DNA of 63,848 nt, filler included, from Hyphochytrium catenoides (lineage: Eukaryota; Protista; Hyphochytriomycota), in the NCBI GenBank assembly GCA_900088475.1. It is 12 parts of 12 records of this genome, joined end to end, with 100 filler letters (N's around TTAATTAATTAA, not from the genome) between each part and the next. Parts side by side here need not be neighbours in the genome. Positions count along the whole stretch, not along the records: positions 42,889 to 47,813 come from FLMG01001252.1; positions 47,914 to 49,559 come from FLMG01004364.1; positions 49,660 to 53,286 come from FLMG01001411.1; positions 53,387 to 59,804 come from FLMG01002806.1; 8 more parts are not named here. The stretch is one strand, 5' to 3'. How positions within the stretch are numbered: position 1 is the stretch's first letter; the number at the start of each line of letters is the position of its first letter. The notes below the pieces were generated by a model that was not told where the DNA came from, did not search any database, and saw only the letters and a list, made by a program, of their open reading frames with translations. Of this stretch, positions 44,446 through 55,024 are shown piece after piece. Made by a program: the position numbers and the translations under genes.

Positions 44446-45519
44446 TCATCGGCAGTGTCTAGCGGCCGTGACCCGAAGATGTACTTTACAACGTTCAGGC
44501 CCCTCCTCTCCCTCCTCCTCTCCTTCGCCTACACTGAGGTGGGATGCCAAGGTGCTATCGCTACATGAGCCTTTGCATATGGCACTGCCAGCTTTCTCTA
44601 GAACAAGTCGCTGAACAGACCCACTCCCAATCCTCGGGCCCCAGCGTAGATCCATGAAGGAAAGCTGTGGGTTCTGGAGAAAGAGGAAAGAAATGCTCCT
44701 CTCAGTGAGACGAAAGCAGCCAGCAAGCGCTATTCTGGTCAAGGAGGAGAGTGGCTGGAGGGAGACCAATCCAGCGTCAGTTATCCTAGTGTAAGACAAA
44801 TCTAAGTCTTCCATACACTGCAATCCTGCAAGGGCCTCCACACCAACATCGCTAATCAGAGAGCAGCAAAGTAACCTCAAGCTTCGCAACGAGCTAGCGA
44901 GAGAGCTGGCTATCACTTTACACGAGCTATCGGTGAGGCGTAGGCAGTAAGAGAGATCTAACGACTGGAGTCCTTGCTGACTCCTTACCAGCACTGTAAC
45001 CGCCTTATCGGTCACCTGATGGCATCCCGCCAGGTTCACGTGATGGAGGCATGCGAAGCGTTGGCTCAGAGCCCAAACTCGGGTGGCGCATGTGCCAAAA
45101 GAGTAACTAAGGATAACCTTTGTTACCCTATACAGCGCCCACTTCCCAAAATCCGAGCTCTGTTCTGCCCTCCGCATTTTCCTCCGTTTCTCTCTATTAT
45201 TTGCCTCGGGCCAGTTATAGTGCTTCCACTCGGTATGGCTGAAGTCTAGTTCTACGCAAGCGCCAGTGACATAGCGCCGCAGCCACCAACTTACCTGCAC
45301 CATCGCCAGAACATCAGAGCCTCGCAAGAAGGCACAAATGCCCCTCATAAGGTCTTGCGGAAGGGTCCGGATCGCTTCTCCGTCATTGTTCGAGCAAGTC
45401 CTCTTAGCTGAAGCTTGTTTTGATGAAGATGTTGCTGGCATCACTATCGTGCCCTGCATCGGCGCACTTGGTGCTAGATCTGAACTGAAGGTCTCTGGCA
45501 ACCTCGAGACAGGATACAC
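44446..45519 (-). CDS. F-box / cysteine-containing leucine-rich-repeat protein
   Basis: F-box LPQDLMRGICAFLRGSDVLAMVQVSWWLR, plus LRRs LHHVNLAGCHQVTD, LQSLDLSYCLRLTD, LRSLRLLCCSLISD, MEDLDLSYTRITD, LTRIALAGCFRLTE. The ATG is probably at 45459. Confidence 0.88.
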   Translation of the reverse strand: MYPVSRLPETFSSDLAPSAPMQGTIVMPATSSSKQASAKRTCSNNDGEAIRTLPQDLMRGICAFLRGSDVLAMVQVSWWLRRYVTGACVELDFSHTEWKHYNWPEANNREKRRKMRRAEQSSDFGKWALYRVTKVILSYSFGTCATRVWALSQRFACLHHVNLAGCHQVTDKAVTVLVRSQQGLQSLDLSYCLRLTDSSCKVIASSLASSLRSLRLLCCSLISDVGVEALAGLQCMEDLDLSYTRITDAGLVSLQPLSSLTRIALAGCFRLTERSISFLFLQNPQLSFMDLRWGPRIGSGSVQRLVLEKAGSAICKGSCSDSTLASHLSVGEGEEEGEEGPERCKVHLRVTAARHCR

Positions 45520-46434
45520 CTGAACAGCGCTTATCGTCCTATGGGCTGTCCACGCTTACTTTTGAACTCCTACTCTCTAGCAACAAAACCGACAACCGCA
45601 ATAGACCCCATCGTAGGCTCTGTTGCTTGCTTCTCCAAACTCCTACAACCAGCATGAAGGCTACCCTTCACTGAACTCACTTCGACTTAGATTCCCTGAC
45701 CAAAGTGAGACGAGACAAGAGCTCTTACGAATGTGGCGTCGGCGGCCTGGCTGTTATTCATTTCTTAGCATCTCTGTCATGCACAGCTCTGAAGACATTG
45801 AAAAGAGGCGGCGACAGGGCTTTAGGCTGCGTCTGAGAAGTTTGCCATCAAGTTCCTAACGCTTCTGATGGTCATGACAACCCGTATTACCATTCCCTAG
45901 TTTAAAGGGGATTACCTTACAAATTGGCGACTTATTATTTTTGCAGAGACAAGTTTCGAGGAAGTTTCGTCATTTTTGATTACTACAATTGGTAATCACA
46001 CAACAACCAGAATTACTAGTAACCAATCCTGTGATCTCTGTAGCGGTTAATCGTGAAGGGGGTTATGGAAGTTTGAAAAAGGGGATTGGCTGAAAAGGTG
46101 ATAGCAGTTCCTCGGTCTTCGCCATCATTCACGACCTCCTCTCACCTCTCACGCCCGCAGCGCCGCAGCGCCTTGCCCAGCAGGCCCAGCAGACCATCCT
46201 CCTCTCTCTCCACCTCCACGACGGATGTCTTCAGCATCAGGAAGACCAGGGGAAGAAAGGTTGGCATACGACGGCGCCAGTTGGGTTGCGATCGTCTCTT
46301 GGCCATAGGTTGACCGTGAATCAAACTGAAGCCTCACGTTACAGCGCTCACGAACGATCCGGCTAACTTGGCCGCTAGGCCTCTCGATAGGTCACCGGAG
46401 GAGGGCCCAACCTAACTGGACGTATCCTGCCACA

Positions 46435-47721
46435 ATGAACAGTAGAGCTGAGGATGCACTAGAGCTGGTGCGGGAGCAACTGGAGAACTTAGGGTAAGTG
46501 CTGCCACCCTGAAAGCCTTTGCTTCCTTCTGAAGAAAATTGGCTGACCATACACCCTGCTAGCTTCCGAACCGACGTGCCTGATGAGGTGCTTATAAAGC
46601 TCTTAGAAGAACTTGAAGCGGAATCCACCTCCGACCCGCCCCTCCAGGACCAGCCCCAGCTAGTAACACCTCGACCCGTCAACACCTCACGCAACAGGTA
46701 ACGCCGTCTCACTCTTCGCGTCTGAGATGCCAGGTGTGGGCTGACGGGTCTCTAGACGACTCCCAGGTCCCAGAGGCTCTAATGCAAAACCCCTCTCTCC
46801 ACTTCGAGAAGAGGAAGAGTTGGATAGTTCAAGCAGCTCGGGCGGTGAAGATCCGTACATTCAGGCAGTCTCTGGCTCAACCTGGAGCAAGAAACCTTTG
46901 AGAACCGGAGTGTCTATCAACACTAAGCGGTTGTCCGAGTCGTCCTCAGGGACGGGGGGAAAAAAGATCGATGAGACAACGGAAACGGAGAACCTGGACC
47001 CCAATCAAAGAAGGAAAGGCGGTAGTGCCGGACCTGGACGGTCTCTTATAGGGACTGGAGCAATGAGAGTGCATCACCGCGCTACCTCGTCTTATCAAGA
47101 AAATGCACGGCTCCCGGTCGCTCTTGACGAAGTCATTGCTCCCGTGACAAAACAACTACGTCCACCCCTAGGTAAGGCACTTTGAGAATGCATGTGTGGA
47201 GAGAAAGGAGAGCGCAAGAGGGCAAGAGAGGAGGAGAGAGCAAGAGAGCAGGAGAGGGAGAGTAAGGAGGAAGAAGAAGCGGGGGGCTGATAAAGGCCAA
47301 CATGGATTGACAGAGCTGACTGTGCCAAAGCAAGAAGATAACTTTTCCGTCTTCGCCTATCTTCAGCCCAGAAAAAGACTCTATTACGGGGTCGCGTAGA
47401 GAAGGTCGAACGTCTCGCCAAAGATCTGCCGTGCAAAGAGGGGCGAAGAGTCTTGTCACCGACCGCCTATCGCCATCCGTGGGAGCTGGATGAGGTTGAG
47501 GCGCTGGACTCGGCAGCTTGTAGTGCAGGATCGGAGAGAGAGGCCGAGGAAGAAGATGCGAATTCACTGGAAGAAGAGGAGACAAGCCAAAGTTATTGGC
47601 CAGGAGGTTGCGCACTGAGGGAGAGCCAGCCACCGCTAGAGGCTTCTGAGTCCTTCCATAGTAGCCGCAGACTGCAGCCGTCCAGTCGAGATATTAGCCA
47701 GGAGTCTCACAGCCACCTCAA
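46435..47721 (+). CDS. Multi-exon, largely disordered protein with HYLS1-like N-terminal motif; 3' truncated
   Basis: Four exons join in frame at GT-AG sites. The N-terminus LELVREQLENLGFRTDVPDEVLIKLLEEL resembles the N-terminal box of centriolar HYLS1, but the diagnostic C-terminal box is not in the contig. Confidence 0.5.
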
Positions 47722-48036
47722 GGTAGGCTGCCGCTTCGTCTTCGACGGTTTTTATTGTTTCTCTCTATTTAAAGGCTTGCTGCTACTAGCCACAACGGAG
47801 AAGGCACGATCCCNNNNNNNNNNNNNNNNNNNNNNNNNNNNNNNNNNNNNNNNNNNNTTAATTAATTAANNNNNNNNNNNNNNNNNNNNNNNNNNNNNNN
47901 NNNNNNNNNNNNNAATCTCTCTAACAGAGCTCAGTTGAGAAAACGCAATTCATCGTGCCAGTGCTCTTTTCATAGCAGTGACTAACGAGAACATCTCTGT
48001 GCTACTCAGCCCAAAGACTCAACTCTGTTCTCTATA

Positions 48037-48800
48037 TCAACACTCTTCGCGTGATTGAGAGAACACAATGATATCATCCAGGTAGATGAAGCAGATCTTG
48101 CCAATGTATTCTCCCAGAACATCATACATGATACGATTGAAGATGGCAGGAGCAGACTTCAGACCCATAGGCATGACGAGCCATTCGTGCGAGCCGAACA
48201 AAGGTGTGTTGAACGCCGTTTTGTGCACGTCTGACTCCGCCACTCGCACCTGATAGTACCCCTTTGTCAAATCAATGCTGCTGAAAACCTTGTTTCCATG
48301 CGGTTTGGAGACAATGGCATCGAAGGATGGCAAGGCAAAGTTAAATTTTTGGCTGACTTGATTCAGCGCTCGGTAGTCCACGCAGAAGCGGAACTTGCCA
48401 TTCTGCCTCACCATCAGCACTGGGGCGCCATAGGGAGAGAGAGAGGGCCTGATCATGCCCTTCGCCGTTAGATCCTTCAGCGTCTTTCGTAGCGCCTCCA
48501 ATTCTTCTGGTCCAAGCTTGTATGCGGGGCGGAAAGGCGGCTTTGATCCAGGGGTGATAGGGATGGTACAATCAACCACACGCTCCGGAGGTAGCTCGGG
48601 TGGCAGGGGCCCTTCGGGGAAGAGATGAGAGTACTTAGCGTATAGAGCTGTTGCCTCCTTAGGTGCCTCGTATGGCAAATTGTCGGGAAAGATCTCCTTA
48701 AACTTAGCCAACACTTCCTTCGCTTCAAGAGAGTGCAACTCTGTTCCGTGTGCTTTCTCCTCCTCAGGGCGCATGGACAGCAGAAATAGCTCCGGCTCCT
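48037..48800 (-). mobile_element. Ty3/Gypsy LTR-retrotransposon reverse transcriptase fragment
   Basis: LPPELPPER..IRPSLSPYGAPVL..RFCVDYRALN..SIDLTKGYYQVRV..HKTAF..VMPMGLKSAPAIF..YLDDIIVFS; breaks off before the thumb and RNase H. Confidence 0.95.
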
Positions 48801-48829
48801 CGTCGCGGTCCAGCAGATTACTCAGTTGA

Positions 48830-49559
48830 TAAACTTATCCTTAAAACGTATCAGAACGCACAAAGGCTCTTCTATTGGCCCAGGATGAACAAGTTTATCA
48901 AGAACATTGCCCGATGCACAACGTGCCAGAGAACCAAACCTTCGACACAGGCAACCCCAGGTCTACAACAACCTCTCCCTATTCCCCCCCGGCGCTAGGA
49001 CTCTGTGTCTTTGGACTCTATTATGGACCTACCACGCACCACAAAAGGACACGATGCGTTATTGGTGGTGGTAGATCGGCTATCCAAGCGCGTCATTCTC
49101 ATTGCAACGCACACCCAGGTTACCGTGACCGAAACGGCACAATCTTCTTTGATAACGTCTTTCGACACCACGGCCTGCCAAGCTCGATTGTATCTGATCG
49201 GGATCCCCGCTTTACCAGTCGGTTCTGGTCCCACCTCTTCACTCTCGTCGGGACCAAGTTATCACTCTCCGCAGCCCAACACCCACAGACCGATGGACAG
49301 ACGGAACGAACCAATCGTACTTTGTTGGAACAAACGCTCAGGGCCTACGTCCATTTCAACATGGACAACTGGGATGAACTGCTGACGGCTGCTGAGTTCG
49401 CTATAAACAACGCCACCCACAGCTCAACGGGATTCTCTCCTCTTGAGTTGGACACCGGACAGAATCCGCGAGTGCCCATGGACCTCATCACCCCAACCGC
49501 ACTACCGGCGGTAGAGAAATTCACACGCAACCTAGATGTATTGCTGAAACGTGCACAGG
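48830..49559 (+). mobile_element. Ty3/Gypsy integrase, pseudogenised (in-frame stop and frameshift)
   Basis: FYWPRM..CTTCQRTK..GLQQPLPIP, stop, SLDSIMDLP..VVVDRLSK, frameshift, HHGLPSSIVSDRDPRFTSRFW..HPQTDGQTERTNR..AEFAINN. Confidence 0.93.
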
Positions 49560-50532
49560 NNNNNNNNNNNNNNNNNNNNNNNNNNNNNNNNNNNNNNNNN
49601 NNNTTAATTAATTAANNNNNNNNNNNNNNNNNNNNNNNNNNNNNNNNNNNNNNNNNNNNTCTCTCTCTCTCTCTCTCTCTCGCTCTCGCCCTCTCTCTCT
49701 CTTGGCTTCCTCATCACCGCTCTAACTCCATCTGTTCCTCTGTTCATTGCCTCAGCTCGTCAACAGGGAGCTACCAGGGGATAACGCGGCAACAGCAGTG
49801 CCGCGCTAGGGGAGCTAACTCTTACCGCTAGCAGGAAGAAGAGTAGACGAGATTCTTCCTAGCGTTTTTTGCTGCTTCAGCAAGAGACGGGAGTCCAGGC
49901 TAGTGACAGCGCGGAGATAGGGAAGGAAACCCCTTTCCTGCTGTTTGTCTAGCACCCTTCTCTCCCTTCCTTAGTCTCCTCGCCCTATCATCGCGCGTCT
50001 GCTGGTGCCGCCCGCCCGCAGTGCTCGGCTCCGGCTACTGCGGCTGATCTGTATTACTCTCTCCTCTCCTGAGCCACCTGCTGACTGCTTCCCCTGCTGC
50101 CGCTGCCTTCCTTTCCCCACCTTATCTCCGGCCAGTGCCGCCCGGCCCATTTCCTTCCATCACCACGCGCTGCCTGCCGCTGCTGTCCCAACAGCTTTTC
50201 TGCTGGTGCCGCTCGTTCTTGTGCCATCCATCCTACTGCTGCCGCTGCTCTCCTGCTGTTGCTTCCCTTCCTCACTCTGCTGCTCGCGCTTACTGGCTCA
50301 GTACTCAGCTGCTGACTGATGTTCCACTACCATGTGGCTTGTCTCCAGCAGCTACGGCAGGCACATCGATTGAGGCACATCGTAATGGTGGTGGATATTG
50401 AGTTTGGAGATATGCTTGACTATGTAGGGGATCTACAACCCCACGCTTCTCTTTTGCCATCGCCATCAGAGATCATCAGAAATCATCAGGATCAGGGTCT
50501 CGGATACCCTGCAGCAGCAGACTTCATCCCTC

Positions 50533-50566
<34 letters not shown>

Positions 50567-51414
50567 TCAGATCGTTCCCATCATCACTCAGCTGACTGCC
50601 ATTACGCACCGTAGTCAGTAAATGCAGCACTGACACTTGTCCTTAGTTAATTTTTCAGACGCAGTCTGTCGAGTCCACGCTAGTTCATGGACAACAAGAG
50701 ACAACGAAGGAGGCGGCGCGACCCTTCCTATGACGAAGAGGACTCTGGAGAGGATAGCACACAAAGACGACTCGGACACCAGCCTCAGTGATGTGGGGCG
50801 GTGATGTGTCTGAGGACGATACGACGGACGCCTCTCAAGATGGACGAGCGTCACCTACCCTTGAAGACGAGCTTGACCGGCCAGGTGTCTTCGTGGAGGG
50901 CCAGAGCAGTGCGACGATTGAAGAGTAACCACTGATGGAAGAAGCGACAACTTAGCCTCGTGATAACGATAATGATCACGAGTCTCAGCGCCAGTCGCCG
51001 CCCTGGGTTACGATGAAAGGCAAGCGCGTTAGCTTGTACCCATGACATCGGTGATATGTCGAGACTCCGTGGGGGAGACGAAGACGACTGGCGCTGTCGG
51101 CCGAAACAAGCCCTCCGGGGAGAATGTATCTGCCCGAGGTACTCTTCAGGATGTTACTCGCGCTCCAGGTGAAAAAGAAAACTATCTCAACGGCGTAGCT
51201 CGCTGATACACTACAATCGGTGGCCAGCTTACGACGACGCACGACCAGATCACCGGAGGTGAACACGAGCTTGCCTGGCTTCAGCTGGATAGTGTCATAA
51301 GCAGCAAGTACCATCTGGGATCATCGGAACACAGTCCTCCACACCTCCAACTTCTTCGCGATGGCCAAGGAAAGCGATTCTTTACTTAACAGCAAAGCCC
51401 TGAAGGAGAAGTTG

Positions 51415-51932
51415 GAAAGCTCCTGATGATGATCTGTAGAGCGCTCGTCCTGGCAATTATCAGCTTATTACCTAATGCGACGTCTCTAGCTGCCGAAGAA
51501 GTCGCTGGGCGGTCTTTAGTCGCTGAAGGAGCCACGGGAGGCAGAATTGGGGACACAGACATCAAGCGACGAGCAACCTGAACGGCGCGACAGCGATCCT
51601 CCTTTGGGACCGACACACGTCACTGAAGCACATGCAGCTAAGTTAGAGCGCTCAGCTTCGCATGCTAGGCAAATTAAAGACTATGAAAAGCCCTTGATGA
51701 TGATCTGTAGAGCGCTCTTCCTGGCAATAGTTACTTTATTAGTCTAATGCCTCATCTCTAGCTGCCGAAGAGGTCGTTTCAATCGCTGGACGAGCCACGG
51801 GAGGCAGAAGGGGAACACAGACATCGGAGACTAGCGGCATGGCTGACGGACTAAGCGACAAGCAACCTGGAGCGTGCGACAGCGATCGTGGGACCAGCAT
51901 ACGCCATTGAAGCACATGCAGGTCAGCTGAGC
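51415..51932. repeat. Diverged tandem duplication, two ~240-bp copies with ~270-bp period
   Basis: Shared blocks TGATGATGATCTGTAGAGCGCTC, TCTCTAGCTGCCGAAGA, GAGCCACGGGAGGCAGAA, GCGACAGCGATC and TGAAGCACATGCAG. Confidence 0.9.
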
Positions 51933-52390
51933 AAGAAGCCGTCCCCAGCCTGGTAAGAAAAAACACTCGTCAAGGGTTACGACCGACAGTCACAACCGAC
52001 TTCAGGCTTGTTACTTTATTTCGTTCAATGCATGTGGGATGGACTTGACTGAGAGTTGCTTGTGGGAAGCGAGTGCCTACGGAGAACATACCAGTTGTCA
52101 TGAGCGTGAAAGAGATCAGCCAGGAATGTGAATGACACCGGGGCTGGTGAGGAACGTAGGAAAGACCATGATGGTTAAGTCCAAGCTCTCTAGTTCTCAA
52201 AGCTGTCCTTTTGAAGCTCGAAATGCATTAGAGGAAACTCCAGAAGGCCCTGACGCCGCTGGCCCACGATGTAAGAGTACTACGGGAAGATTGGCCTGCA
52301 ATACTCCTCACCCGTCAGCTGCTACTCACAAACAACATTTCAGGAACAGAGCGGGAGCAGCGAAAGTTCTCCGCAATCCATTTATATCCC

Positions 52391-52836
52391 AGAAGGGGTC
52401 TTCGCTCAAACCCCTAACATTGTAAGTCAATGGTCCAGAGATGGCAGAACGGAGGGAAATAACACAGAATGGAGAGCAACGAAAGGCATTCTATTCGCGA
52501 AGACCGGGTAGGCGCACACTTCGAAAGGTGGAGACATAGGTGGAGATACGTCCACGTCAGGTGTGACAGTCTCAGTTCTAATGTACACCTGCAGGTTCAA
52601 AAGCACGGACATACATAGCTCGCACAACATAGCAGGTGTACAGTTCGAACTGAGACTGTCACACCTGACGTGGACGGTATCTCCACCTATGTCTCCACCT
52701 TCCGAAGAAGTCCTAGTTGTGCGCCTCCGTTCTTCGCGAATGCCTTTCGTTGCTCTTCATTCTGTTGTTTCCCTCCGTTCTGCCATCTCTGGACGATTGA
52801 CCTACAATGTTAGAGGTTTGAGCGAAGACCCCTTCT
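52391..52836. repeat. Long imperfect inverted repeat, ~200-bp arms, 39-nt loop (MITE/fold-back-like)
   Basis: 52391-52592 pairs with 52632-52836, including a perfect 29-bp block GTCCACGTCAGGTGTGACAGTCTCAGTTC. Confidence 0.93.
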
Positions 52837-53386
52837 TAGCTCTGACTCTAGACTCATCCATATTGGTGGAACGCTCCTGAGCCATTTGACTCCGCCATGA
52901 GTAACATCCGTTCGTTCTTCATAAACGCTGGAATAATTCTTGCATCCCCAAAGCCTCTGAACAGGGTAGGCAACAGTTTTATGACCGAGTAGGACATGTC
53001 GCATCTGAAGCTCAGAAAGATAGAAGCAAGTGGCGTTGATTAGTTCAAGGTGGCGCGAGAGGAAGACTAGGTCCCAGGGCCTACCTCTTTGCATTGTTGT
53101 AGTATGTAAGAAGAGTGAGTCAATGGGTTTCGCTAAGTCTTCGCTTCGGCTAGCCAGGCCTCAGCTCCGACAAAGCTCTGCACAGGAAGACTTCTAAGGC
53201 GACTCTAAGGACTTTTCTCTTAGATCGAACTTTATTGACTCATTTACATTGTGAGTAGAAGCAAACCGATCTCAGGAAGAGCAGAGNNNNNNNNNNNNNN
53301 NNNNNNNNNNNNNNNNNNNNNNNNNNNNNNTTAATTAATTAANNNNNNNNNNNNNNNNNNNNNNNNNNNNNNNNNNNNNNNNNNNN

Positions 53387-53845
53387 GTAGAGCAGAGCTG
53401 TGGCGGGCGATGGAAGGTGGAGCTGGTAGAGCTCTCGCTCCTCCACTTCAAGGATCAAGTCGCCCTTCTCTCCCGCACTGCAGTGCTTCTTTCTGTCTAT
53501 GGTTCGGACTTGACAAATCTTATCTTTTTGCCTCCGGGTGCTGTTGTTATAGAGCTTTCCGAGCCCCAACTTCCATCTAAGCTCTTTGAGGGTGTTGCTG
53601 CTGCCTCTGGGATCCCTTACTTCCAATACCTGGCCAAAACAGAGGAAGGCGAAGTTGTCTATCAAGATGAGGGCTGGAGAAAAGGTGCATATGTCCAACA
53701 TTCTATGTCAGCTTGTCTCTCCTCTGCCTCCTGTTCTAAGGGCAAAAGCCTCTACGATATCGCGCTGAACCTTCCGCGCTTCACCAAGTTCATGCAGTGG
53801 CCCCTGCGGTCGGCGCTTGCAAGTCGTCCACACATGATTTCATAA
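53387..53845 (+). CDS. C-terminal fragment of a glycosyltransferase family 61 (DUF563-type) protein
   Basis: LHFKDQVALLSRTAVLLSVYGSDLTNLIFLPPGAVVIEL matches the GT61 pattern Qv.l...a.vl...HGAgltN.lfm.pg..viEl. The 5' end is lost at the linker. Confidence 0.75.
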   Translation, partial: VEQSCGGRWKVELVELSLLHFKDQVALLSRTAVLLSVYGSDLTNLIFLPPGAVVIELSEPQLPSKLFEGVAAASGIPYFQYLAKTEEGEVVYQDEGWRKGAYVQHSMSACLSSASCSKGKSLYDIALNLPRFTKFMQWPLRSALASRPHMIS

Positions 53846-54024
53846 ACAAACATGTCGCATCAGCAATTGGAACAGGACAGCTGCCGCCCTGTCACGGCCC
53901 TCTGGGCTCAACCCCCTGTGATATCCTTCTCGATATCTATTCGTCATGCTCTCCGCTGTCACTTCCACTTCCTTGGCAACTTTAATCTCATATGCTGCTT
54001 CGTGGTGTTCTCATGTGAGTCTAA

Positions 54025-54480
54025 GTTTCGAATGAAGAGAATGAACTTCACCGCCGTATTGGTGGCCTCATCATCATATCATCGTCTGCATCCGGCTCAA
54101 AGGTAGGCAGGATGTGGTGCCGTACTGTCTAGTTTGTACGCTGGTCTGACGGCTATTGATTGGCTTGATTTGGCTTCTCTTGTAAGCCTTGGTTTTCAGC
54201 TTTTTTCATCTGCTCAAAGAGCTCAGTAAACTGACAGACTCTGTCTCCTAGTGTTTGCGACGAAAGATCTCTTTGTCTCAATGAATAGTCCGCAGAGCAC
54301 CTTACTTTCATCTCCGCCAGGGTTTGCTGAAAACCGAGGCTTACACCAAGCCAAACAACAGCCGTCAAACTAGCGTACAGAGCAGACAGTACGGCACCAC
54401 ATCCTGCCTACCTTCGAGCCGGATGCAGACGATGCGATGATGAGGCCAATACGGGTGAAGTTCATTCTCTTCTTCAAAAC
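54025..54480. repeat. Long imperfect inverted repeat, ~155-175-bp arms, 125-nt spacer
   Basis: 54025-54200 pairs with 54326-54480, including a perfect ~30-bp block AGGTAGGCAGGATGTGGTGCCGTACTGTCT. Confidence 0.93.
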
Positions 54481-55024
54481 AACAACTTCAAGGATACCAT
54501 CAACCATACGCATCCCCACCTAACATCTAACAGACAGCACAAAGAAGACTGAGTTGATAAGTCGTCTCAGAAAGCACGTAAACCATGAAGGGTTGATCTT
54601 TAACGAGGAGGACATCGCGGATCTCTCTATCCTGGCGAATGCATCCTGCAATGCACCATGACATAATAATAAGGTGAGAAGCGCTGGGAAAAAGTCGGAA
54701 TGATGGCAATGACGTTACAAGGGCGGCGCTCTCTCTAGCAATCTCATTCTGTGTTCTGGGGGGTGTCTGTACAACCGAAGTACCTTGGTCAACGCAACTT
54801 ATACTCCTGGAGGAGAGTTGAGGCTCGAAGAGTAACCTTGCTCCAGGAGGAGGACTGGTTTGATTATGGGTGGAGGAGGTTATGGAAGGAGAAAGGAAAG
54901 CGGCGTTCCGATCGCGGCTCCAAAACCGATGAGCCGAGCTGCATGGACAGATCTGAGCCTCTGCAGTCTGCAGCCCGTCTCCGCGCCCACATAAGCCTGT
55001 GCTGACCGCACACTAGCGCGAACC

